Virus record (IMG/VR): IMGVR_UViG_3300020042_003126
Location: 1-28,295 of that record
Length of the DNA: 28,295 nucleotides
Strand: one strand, 5' to 3'
Source: a virus
Lineage: Duplodnaviria; Caudoviricetes
Position numbers and translations under genes: made by a program. Of the stretch, positions 1 to 6,698 are shown in pieces (position 1 is the first letter of the stretch; every line of letters begins with the position of its first letter). The notes beneath the pieces are model-generated. The model ran no database searches. It was not told where the DNA came from and saw nothing but the letters and a program-made list of their open reading frames with translations.

Positions 1-265
1 CAGTATGAATGCAAATGATCTGAGTACATACACTATCATCCTGTATTGGCTGTAGTAATAGTAGATCATGCTGTAATAGGATAGGCTCAACAGTCTCTAG
101 GATACTATTGATATCTGCATAATTCTTCTTAAAGTGGGGATTAGTAGCATTCTTGTGTACTTTACCGATTAGTTGCTTAGCTTGGTGTAGCCTCACATAG
201 AAGGGAGCAGGCTGCTGCTCAACCTCCTTAGGCTTTACAGCCTTAGTTGTTGTTTTAGTTTCCAT
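1..265 (-). CDS. erf: ERF-family single-strand annealing recombinase (5' part; runs off the window edge)
   Basis: Not in the ORF track. Manual translation from ATG at 265: METKTTTKAVKPKEVEQQPAPFYVRLHQAKQLIGKVHKNATNPHFKKNYADINSILETVEPILLQHDLLLLQPIQ... The KNATNPHFK-x-YADI motif is typical of ERF. Confidence 0.85.
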   Translation of the reverse strand, partial: METKTTTKAVKPKEVEQQPAPFYVRLHQAKQLIGKVHKNATNPHFKKNYADINSILETVEPILLQHDLLLLQPIQDDSVCTQIICIHT

Positions 266-285
266 GGTTAGTTATTAATTGTTTA

Positions 286-293
286 CAAATATA
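286..293 (-). promoter_or_regulatory. Bacteroidota housekeeping-sigma -7 element (TATATTTG) upstream of erf
   Basis: Matches TAnnTTTG, intergenic, 20 nt upstream of the erf ATG. Confidence 0.7.
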
Positions 294-299
294 CAAAAA

Positions 300-503
300 T
301 TAATCTATTTTAACATTATTATCAGTAATTATTTCTCTCAGCTTCTCCCTTACCTCATACATATCCTCTTTACCATTGTACTTATACTCACTTCGTAGCC
401 ACTGATCCATCTCCACAAGTGCCATATAATAATTGAAGCCATTATAAACGTGTTTGAACTCCTCCTGATCTTCAGGTAGGTTAAATTCTAGTGTTGCTTT
501 CAT
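300..503 (-). CDS. Hypothetical phage protein (67 aa)
   Basis: ORF in operon orientation; MKATLEFNLPEDQEEF N-terminus resembles small phage proteins. Confidence 0.7.
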   Translation of the reverse strand: MKATLEFNLPEDQEEFKHVYNGFNYYMALVEMDQWLRSEYKYNGKEDMYEVREKLREIITDNNVKID

Positions 504-523
504 ATCATTTCTATTTAATTAAT

Positions 524-540
524 GGGGCAACTTTTACCCC
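524..540 (-). other. Short intergenic RNA hairpin GGGGUAA-AAG-UUGCCCC
   Basis: 7-bp stem with one U-G pair on the minus strand, right after the stop of the nuclease gene. No U-tract. Confidence 0.45.
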
Positions 541-1002
541 TTATGCTTTATAGTTTTGGCTAAAGACATCATACCACTCTACAAAATCATCAAAGGTCTT
601 ACTGATAATATAGATACCTCCTGCAGCTTCTATCATTAACTGATACTGCTTCTGCACCACTGACTGCTTATCCTTACCAATCTTTACTTCTATCTTTACA
701 GATCTCCCATAAATAGTAGCAGAGATATCTGCAGATCCTGGAGTACCTGTGCCCTTGGTCCATTGCCCTGCAGTCTTAGTGCCATCGGTTCTATAGCTCT
801 GCCTGAATACTCCCATTGTATTAATTCTTTCAGCTTGGTGCTGTGAGAAGTTAAGAAAGTCAGTGATGCATCTAGTCAAGCCATTAGCTGTAGCATCTGA
901 GTACTTAGTGAAGGGGATGATGTGCCCTGGTGCTGATGGGTACCTGTAGCTCATGTACTTCTCTTCAAGCTCATGTAGTCTCTGTTTGTTTAGTTTGTTC
1001 AT
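541..1002 (-). CDS. VRR-NUC / Holliday-junction-resolvase-like PD-(D/E)XK nuclease
   Basis: G-S-A-D-I...IEVK...QS..Q......GG-Y pattern typical of phage VRR-NUC proteins; directly downstream of the primase-helicase. Confidence 0.7.
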   Translation of the reverse strand: MNKLNKQRLHELEEKYMSYRYPSAPGHIIPFTKYSDATANGLTRCITDFLNFSQHQAERINTMGVFRQSYRTDGTKTAGQWTKGTGTPGSADISATIYGRSVKIEVKIGKDKQSVVQKQYQLMIEAAGGIYIISKTFDDFVEWYDVFSQNYKA

Positions 1003-3323
1003 ATTTTAGTTATTTTAAACCATCGGCCTGCTGCACTTCTGCCCTTGTCAAAGTGGTAACCTTTAAACTTGCAATATTCAGAGACCATCTTAAGATACCT
1101 CTGTGCATTGAGATCATGCCATCCTCCTGTATATGTTTGGAAGTCCTGAATGGATACGTTATTATAGTGCAGTACATCCATTGTGATATTCCCCTCTATA
1201 GCGTAATCATAGAACTCCTTATTAGTAGCTGAAATAAACCTCTTATCATCTGCATTAATAGCTATTGCTTTTACAAGTCCTAGAGTTAAGAATTTCTGCA
1301 GGTTAGATATCATATAATTATCAAAGATCATCCAATCAACCACAGTCCAGTGATCAAACAATAACCTACCGTACTCATCTAGTGGGTTACGTTGAGCATT
1401 AAAGTACTGATTGAATTCTATTTCGTGCCTTCTCCTATCATGGCTTCCACCTGCCCCACCTATCACATAGTTGGTAGTAATGACGATCTTAGGGCTTCTC
1501 TCAAATGGAATAAAGATCTCATCTTTGTTTTTTCTGTTTACTGTTATCCCTTCTGATATCAAACTAAATAGCTGCTCAAAGTCAAAGTTCTTTTTAACAT
1601 CATCAAAGGCCAGTATTTGACTATCTAAGTTCACCCTCTGATAAACAAAGTCTGACTTCTGAGGGTTAAATGCTTTACCATCTATTTTGACTATGTTTCT
1701 AATCTTACCTATAGCTGTAAGCACTAAACTTTTACCACTCCCTCCATTAGGGTTATCATCTATTTCCTGATCATTAAAAATAATTGCTTTCTGATCTGTT
1801 TTATCTTTGTAGGTATGAAGTAAATAACCTAGGGTAGTCTCTAAGGCATTAACCCTCTGCTCATCATCAGCAGATACTTTGCTTACAAAGCTCTTAAAAT
1901 CATTTTCAATAGTAGGAGTAGGTTTGTAGTCCCTATCAATTATCTGCCTATCCCAAATGTACCCATCTATATCAATGTACGGTACTATATCTATCTTATT
2001 CTTAGTAATCTTAACTACTCCATTACGATAAGGTATGAAGCTCACATCCTTAGTATCCTGCAGCATCATTAAGCCGATAGGCTCTAGCATAGATAAGTGG
2101 CCATCTGTAAAGAGGTAAGGTGACTTACTGCAGTAGTTCCAAACTTCCACTTGCTTCTGCTTCATTAGATAAGCTAAGACAAAATCCTTCACCTGGTCCA
2201 CTGAAGATAGATTAACTTTATTCTCTATTACCCTTACAAATGTAGGTTTCTCTGATCTCTCAGGATAATACTTGTTAAACCCATATTTGTACAGGAAATC
2301 TCTATACTTCATAGGATCTACACTAACCCCCTTCTTATCACTAAAAGTCCAAAATACATCCTCACTATTAGCTACATCCTTCTTTACATCCTCTACCACA
2401 TCAGGCTTAATATCTAATTGCTTAGATATATCACCAGGGGAGATACCCTCTTTTAGTTTTGACCTTACCTTTAAGATGGTTTCTTTATCCTCAAAGTACT
2501 TAGTAGACTTATTAGCACTTTTGTAAGCAGATCCTACAGCTGTATTGATTTCTATTTGTGTGAAGTCCTTAGCACTATATTGGTGCAGGTAAAGTTTAGC
2601 AGTATTTTCACTTATGCCATACTCAGCAAAGCAGCAGGCCACCTTGAACACCCAAATGTTTCTACCATTAGAAACTTCTCCATGATTAAACTTCATGATG
2701 TTCTCAATTATATTAGCTTCATTAGTCATTGGTAGCACCGGCACCCTTTCAAATGAGCTGTGGCCTTTCTCCTCTTCTATCAAATCAAATACCTCAGCAT
2801 TTAGATTAATGTAAGCAGTAGGATCATAAGACTCAAAGCACACTCTGCTAACATTACAGCTACTAGCATCAAAGTAATCACTATCAATAAACTCCTGAAA
2901 CGCTTTAAACCTTCTCTTATGTGTAAATTTATCTGATGCTGGTATCTTTATCACACATTTTAGCCCTTTACCTGATGGTGATATAAATATCATAAACACA
3001 TTAGGGCACTCCATTAGTCTAGCCTTCTCAGCTTTCATTACTTTACTGCTAGGGTAGTCATCAAAGTCTAAAATACAAAGCCCTGAGTGCTCAATAAGGC
3101 CATTATCATTACGTTCATTAAAGGTCCCATTAAACATGATAGCCCTGAGGCTGTTCTTTAGGCTGCTGTATGCAGGATCATCCTCCTTCATAGCTCTAAG
3201 GGCAGTGATCTTATCAATAAGCTCAGGGTAGCCCTCCTTTATCCTATTGTAAACATCTACTACATCCTGAATGTAGGGAGTTTCTTTGGAATTGAATAAG
3301 GACTTAAATACAGATATCTTCAT
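999..3323 (-). CDS. Primase (VirE_N/BT4734-like) - PriCT - SF3 (D5-like) helicase fusion
   Basis: N-terminal SGLCILDFD and FISPSGKGLK motifs; NGRN PriCT-like segment; C-terminal Walker A GGSGKS, Walker B LAFDDV and sensor ITTN. Confidence 0.85.
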   Translation of the reverse strand: MKISVFKSLFNSKETPYIQDVVDVYNRIKEGYPELIDKITALRAMKEDDPAYSSLKNSLRAIMFNGTFNERNDNGLIEHSGLCILDFDDYPSSKVMKAEKARLMECPNVFMIFISPSGKGLKCVIKIPASDKFTHKRRFKAFQEFIDSDYFDASSCNVSRVCFESYDPTAYINLNAEVFDLIEEEKGHSSFERVPVLPMTNEANIIENIMKFNHGEVSNGRNIWVFKVACCFAEYGISENTAKLYLHQYSAKDFTQIEINTAVGSAYKSANKSTKYFEDKETILKVRSKLKEGISPGDISKQLDIKPDVVEDVKKDVANSEDVFWTFSDKKGVSVDPMKYRDFLYKYGFNKYYPERSEKPTFVRVIENKVNLSSVDQVKDFVLAYLMKQKQVEVWNYCSKSPYLFTDGHLSMLEPIGLMMLQDTKDVSFIPYRNGVVKITKNKIDIVPYIDIDGYIWDRQIIDRDYKPTPTIENDFKSFVSKVSADDEQRVNALETTLGYLLHTYKDKTDQKAIIFNDQEIDDNPNGGSGKSLVLTAIGKIRNIVKIDGKAFNPQKSDFVYQRVNLDSQILAFDDVKKNFDFEQLFSLISEGITVNRKNKDEIFIPFERSPKIVITTNYVIGGAGGSHDRRRHEIEFNQYFNAQRNPLDEYGRLLFDHWTVVDWMIFDNYMISNLQKFLTLGLVKAIAINADDKRFISATNKEFYDYAIEGNITMDVLHYNNVSIQDFQTYTGGWHDLNAQRYLKMVSEYCKFKGYHFDKGRSAAGRWFKITKI

Positions 3324-3341
3324 GGTTAGTTAGTTGGGGTG

Positions 3342-3349
3342 TAAATATA
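3342..3349 (-). promoter_or_regulatory. Variant -7 element (TATATTTA) upstream of the primase-helicase
   Basis: One mismatch to TAnnTTTG; position relative to ATG similar to the erf promoter. Confidence 0.5.
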
Positions 3350-3363
3350 ATCATTATTTCTAT

Positions 3364-3543
3364 ATGACAACCTTATGACGCAAAATGACGCAAATTTATT
3401 ACCCTTGTCATAACTAATAACCATACTGCTATTGACTTTCAGCGTTTTTATGACGCAATGACGCAAAATAAAATAAAAAAAATTATTTAGAAAATGCAAA
3501 AAGTTACAGAGAGTGTTAATAAGAGAATGTGTCATTGCGTCAT
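3364..3543. repeat. Iteron-like cluster, putative replication origin
   Basis: ATGACGCA at 3375, 3385, 3450 and 3458, inverted at 3536-3543. Shorter ATGACA at 3364, inverted at 3406 and 3530. A-rich tract at about 3465-3495. Lies upstream of the primase-helicase. Confidence 0.7.
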
Positions 3544-3546
3544 GAA

Positions 3547-3903
3547 TTAGTAGTAATTTCTTTTAATCTGCTCCTTAATACGATCCAATTTCTCCAGGTC
3601 ATTGCACTCTAGCACCTTCACTCTCAATGGCTTATAGTATCTAGGTGATGCAAACAGCCCTCGCAGCTCTAGTGTATAGTACAGATATAATGGATCTTTG
3701 ACTTTGTACCAAGCGTCATGATTAGCTATGCCATGAATGACAGTGCTATGACTCTGATTGAACAGTGCCCCTATCTCTGTTAGTGGCATCCCTTGATTGC
3801 GTAGCAGTGCATAGAGGTAGTACCTTTTGTAAATGTACTGTCGTAGTCTACTCTTTTTTGTGAGCTCATGTTTTACAATATACTCCTTTATCTGATCTAT
3901 CAT
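3547..3903 (-). CDS. DnaA C-terminal-like (TrpR-type) HTH DNA-binding protein
   Basis: PLTEIGALFNQSHSTVIHG matches the DnaA domain IV signature (SL..IG..F.GRDHTTV.H). Confidence 0.7.
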   Translation of the reverse strand: MIDQIKEYIVKHELTKKSRLRQYIYKRYYLYALLRNQGMPLTEIGALFNQSHSTVIHGIANHDAWYKVKDPLYLYYTLELRGLFASPRYYKPLRVKVLECNDLEKLDRIKEQIKRNYY

Positions 3904-4142
3904 GATAGTAGCTTAGGGTTTACTGATTTGAATAGCTCACTCTGACTATCTATTAACCCCACTGCATTGATATAGTCAATCTCTACCTTTGCACTGGCTA
4001 TGATGGTACTGCTCAGCTGAGCTATTGCTTTAGCCTTATCCACCTCTTGAGCTACCTGCTCAGTTGTTAGCCCATCATCTGATAATCTCTCTAATGCCAT
4101 GAATATGTGATCACGCAAATCACTTAGTTTGTTGTTTGCCAT
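3900..4142 (-). CDS. Hypothetical phage protein, typically paired with the upstream HNH-like gene
   Basis: NKLSDLRDHIFMALERL...EVDKAKAIAQLS pattern; overlaps the HNH gene end. Confidence 0.7.
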   Translation of the reverse strand: MANNKLSDLRDHIFMALERLSDDGLTTEQVAQEVDKAKAIAQLSSTIIASAKVEIDYINAVGLIDSQSELFKSVNPKLLS

Positions 4143-4731
4143 TTGTTTTGTTTTTTAGTTTACTGGTTAATTTCATTAATTCCTGTAGCTCAGCAGGATA
4201 TCTTTGTATAGTATTACGAGCCATATTTTCCTTTCTGCTTATTACTTGTAGGTTGTTTAGTTCACAATTCATAAAGTTCCCATCTAAAAAAATTACTACA
4301 GATCCTGCAGGTATCTCACCATTTGCCTGAGTCCATACGTACCTATGCAGCAGCTCCCAGTGGCTATCTTTTATTTTGATATATTGGTAAAGTCTACCTG
4401 TTTTATCAGCTCTTACATGGATGGTCCCAATGGGTTGAGTATTGTATGGCTTATTGCCTTTCTTAAACATAGTGGGTGCTACGGCAGTGTATACCTCAGC
4501 AGCCATTTTTTTACCTTTGTTTACTGGTATATGCCCTGGCTTAAATTGGGTAGCTTGATTGCTTTTAGTACCTACATTGTACCTACCACTGGCTGCAGTC
4601 TTAAGATAGTCAGGATCCTTATGTATCTTGTATCTGTAAGCTATGTTATACACCTGTGATATTGTTAGTCCTAGATCCTTAGCTATTTCAGCTGTGCTTT
4701 CAAATGGGTAGCGTTTAATTACCTGGATCAT
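4120..4731 (-). CDS. HNH-fold protein with N-terminal HTH and FKxG-x-x-P-x-N repeats (probably degenerate active site)
   Basis: LHRYVW...GEIPAG.VVIFLDGN..NCELNNLQVISRKENM HNH_3 pattern; STAEIAKDLGLTISQVY HTH. Confidence 0.75.
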   Translation of the reverse strand: MIQVIKRYPFESTAEIAKDLGLTISQVYNIAYRYKIHKDPDYLKTAASGRYNVGTKSNQATQFKPGHIPVNKGKKMAAEVYTAVAPTMFKKGNKPYNTQPIGTIHVRADKTGRLYQYIKIKDSHWELLHRYVWTQANGEIPAGSVVIFLDGNFMNCELNNLQVISRKENMARNTIQRYPAELQELMKLTSKLKNKTNGKQQTK

Positions 4732-4873
4732 ACTGCTCTACTTTTAGTATTAGTTTAGGCCACATAGCCATTATCATTATCGCATGATCTCTATCCAGTG
4801 CCTCTAAGATCCTGATGCCTATCCTCTTTTTTCCACCTTCAAAATAGTTGTAGGTTACTTTATAGCGTTTCAT
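4715..4873 (-). CDS. Small hypothetical protein (52 aa)
   Basis: Below the ORF-track cutoff. MKRYKVTYNYFEGGKKRIGIRILEALDRDHAIMIMAMWPKLILKVEQYDPGN; ATGA overlap with the upstream gene; fills the gap. Confidence 0.6.
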   Translation of the reverse strand: MKRYKVTYNYFEGGKKRIGIRILEALDRDHAIMIMAMWPKLILKVEQYDPGN

Positions 4874-5043
4874 TTATCTTCTTTTATAGGGTTAAGGTAA
4901 TCATCCTGTGCATCTAGGTAGTCTAGGTACAGCTCCAGGTTGAAGCTGCCACCTTTATCTCCCTCTGTTGACTGCTCTCGCCACCATAGCATCTTACGCT
5001 TAAGGCTATAGGTAGTATATGTGTAGTTGTTTTCAGTATTCAT
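4870..5043 (-). CDS. Small hypothetical early protein
   Basis: Track ORF 4870..5064; start more likely at 5043 (MNTENN), which minimises overlap. Confidence 0.55.
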   Translation of the reverse strand: MNTENNYTYTTYSLKRKMLWWREQSTEGDKGGSFNLELYLDYLDAQDDYLNPIKEDK

Positions 5044-5335
5044 AGTAAGCATCTTTATCAGCATCTTCTAAATCTTGATAACCCCATCCTTCAGGATCTT
5101 CATAAGCTCTATAAACTACTAGTTCTGCACAGGTTAAATGCTCCTGTTTAGTCAAAGTGTAGGGTAATATCACCCCATGATCATTCCTACTGCAGTATAA
5201 TAGCTCTGCTTCTATTTCTCCTAGTGCTAGAAAGGTGTATCTCCACTCACTAGTGTAGCATATACCTCCATCCTCAGAGTAAAAGCATACGTTTGCGAGC
5301 CCTGGGCTCTTGTATTCAATGTCTATTTCGTTCAT
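5033..5335 (-). CDS. Acidic hypothetical early protein (100 aa)
   Basis: ORF in the early operon with TAAACC-ATG start context. Confidence 0.6.
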   Translation of the reverse strand: MNEIDIEYKSPGLANVCFYSEDGGICYTSEWRYTFLALGEIEAELLYCSRNDHGVILPYTLTKQEHLTCAELVVYRAYEDPEGWGYQDLEDADKDAYYEY

Positions 5336-5338
5336 GGT

Positions 5339-5428
5339 TTAAAGATTAGTTATAAAACAAAGTAAATAAATTCCTACCCATAGGGCTGTAAAGGCAATGA
5401 TGCCCTCTATTAAATCAGAAGCTCTCAT
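5339..5428 (-). CDS. Tiny single-TM membrane protein (29 aa)
   Basis: MRASDLIEGIIAFTALWVGIYLLCFITNL; fills the gap between neighbouring ORFs. Confidence 0.5.
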   Translation of the reverse strand: MRASDLIEGIIAFTALWVGIYLLCFITNL

Positions 5429-5591
5429 CTAGTCCTAGTTTTTCGATTAGTATTAAAATAGTAGTGTAAGCAAGTTGAGCTCTTTGGGTACCAGCATCGT
5501 CATATCCGAAGGCTGTGCTCATGTCATTGTAGTGATCCTTCAACTCGTTGTAGTAGTCTAGGATATTCTCTGTTAATTTTTGATCATTCAT
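5415..5591 (-). CDS. First gene of the early operon, hypothetical (58 aa)
   Basis: MNDQKLTENILDYYNELKDHYNDMSTAFGYDDAGTQRAQLAYTTILILIEKLGLDESF; directly behind a TATATTTG promoter. Confidence 0.65.
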   Translation of the reverse strand: MNDQKLTENILDYYNELKDHYNDMSTAFGYDDAGTQRAQLAYTTILILIEKLGLDESF

Positions 5592-5619
5592 AATTGGTTA
5601 GTTTAATAAGTTAGTGAAG

Positions 5620-5627
5620 CAAATATA
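5620..5627 (-). promoter_or_regulatory. Early promoter -7 element (TATATTTG)
   Basis: Perfect TAnnTTTG heading the block of small early genes. Confidence 0.7.
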
Positions 5628-5672
5628 CGTAGTTATTTTTAATATGTTCACAAGTTTATAAAAGTTTTCGTT

Positions 5673-5691
5673 ATCAATAATCATTCTAAAT
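5673..5691. promoter_or_regulatory. Imperfect palindrome resembling a Flavobacteriia Fur box
   Basis: ATCAATAATCATTCTAAAT matches 15/19 positions of ATTTAGAATTATTCTAAAT (consensus recalled from memory); right half-site perfect. Confidence 0.35.
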
Positions 5692-5747
5692 AAGGAATAG
5701 CCTTAATTTATACATCAGAAGTAAGGTGATAACCTTAAATTTAAGGC

Positions 5748-5792
5748 AAAAAAATAGCCCCCCTGCCAAACTAACCAAAGATACAGAGGGGC
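5748..5792 (-). terminator. Intrinsic terminator ending the lysis operon and the sRNA
   Basis: 9-bp GC-rich stem followed by UAUUUUUUU. One U-G wobble pairs only on the minus strand. Confidence 0.8.
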
Positions 5793-5813
5793 CCGGTCTC
5801 TAATACGAGACCT
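5748..5813 (-). ncRNA. Candidate two-hairpin small RNA with a loop antisense to early-gene start regions
   Basis: A-GGUCUC-GUAUUA-GAGACC-GG-GCCCCUCUG-UAUCUUUGGUUAGUUUGG-CAGGGGGGC-UAUUUUUUU. Upstream TAAGTTTG -7 element, with TTG 20 nt further upstream. Confidence 0.65.
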
Positions 5814-5817
5814 AGTG

Positions 5818-5848
5818 CAAACTTACAAATTAAATTTGTGACTATCAA
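5818..5848 (-). promoter_or_regulatory. Host-type promoter for the candidate sRNA
   Basis: TTG (5846-5848), 20-nt spacer, TAAGTTTG (5818-5825, overlapping the phosphoesterase stop codon). Predicted +1 is A at 5813. Confidence 0.6.
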
Positions 5849-6698
5849 TGTATTTAGTAGTTTTTCTATCTCCTGTAGTTTCTCTTACACATTTTATAGT
5901 AAGGATCCTACCACCAAGGGGCTTAATGGGAGCTCCACGTTCAACGTGCCACCCTTGTGATCCATCACCGTACTCTTCCTTATAGGTACCTGTAAGCATG
6001 AGGTGTATATGTTTCTGCTTAAGAATGTAGCCTGATTGTGGATGGCTTTCTACTGTATCCCTCACATCATTTCTGCTGCTATTTTCGTGTATATGGCCCA
6101 TTGTAAAAACTTCAAAGTTCTCATAAGTTTCTAGTGCCCTGGTTAAATTGATAGCACCTTTAGTAACTATACCACCTCCACCTGATCCATGGAAATATTT
6201 AATTTTAGTAGTAAAAGAGGATGTGCTACGGCCTGCAGGTGATTGCTTAATGATTAGCCACCCACCATAGCCACCTGTCTGTACATTAGATCCTGCTTTA
6301 AAGTTTAGGATGTCTACAAATCTCTGCAGTATGTCAGTCTCTTGGAATTTAATTATAGCAGTTTCGTGGTTGCCATAACCTATGAGTTTTAAGATGGATG
6401 CATAGGGCAGGAACCAATCTACTGCAGTCTCTACTATAGAGTCTAAGTACTTAGCATTATTGTGCTCAGGTCTGATGTCTGACTTATTACGTCTGTTATC
6501 TCCCCTCCCTTGCATTAAGCAGAACATATCACCATTTATCATCACAGGTATATCCTCAGCTAGGCAATAGTCTAGGTGCCTCTTTAACATCTCCCTATCA
6601 CAGTGAGGGTTATCCCAGTGCAAATCACTAAGCATAGCTATCCTTACATCACTGCCTTCTAGTAAAAGCTCGTGAACATTCTTAGAGTGTCTTATCAT
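5823..6698 (-). CDS. Calcineurin-like metallophosphoesterase
   Basis: SDLHWD, NGDMF, GNHE, FHG and GHIH metal-binding motifs all present. Confidence 0.85.
   Translation of the reverse strand: MIRHSKNVHELLLEGSDVRIAMLSDLHWDNPHCDREMLKRHLDYCLAEDIPVMINGDMFCLMQGRGDNRRNKSDIRPEHNNAKYLDSIVETAVDWFLPYASILKLIGYGNHETAIIKFQETDILQRFVDILNFKAGSNVQTGGYGGWLIIKQSPAGRSTSSFTTKIKYFHGSGGGGIVTKGAINLTRALETYENFEVFTMGHIHENSSRNDVRDTVESHPQSGYILKQKHIHLMLTGTYKEEYGDGSQGWHVERGAPIKPLGGRILTIKCVRETTGDRKTTKYIDSHKFNL

Noticed and set aside
3326-3535. 69-aa minus-strand ORF in the track
   Set aside because: It spans the iteron array and the primase promoter, with low-complexity F/N-rich translation; more likely non-coding origin DNA.
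5795-5812. GGTCTC-N6-GAGACC looks like a Golden Gate BsaI pair, and TAATACGA resembles the start of the T7 promoter
   Set aside because: No other synthetic sequence is present and the T7 match stops after 8 nt. A natural hairpin at the predicted transcript 5' end explains it.
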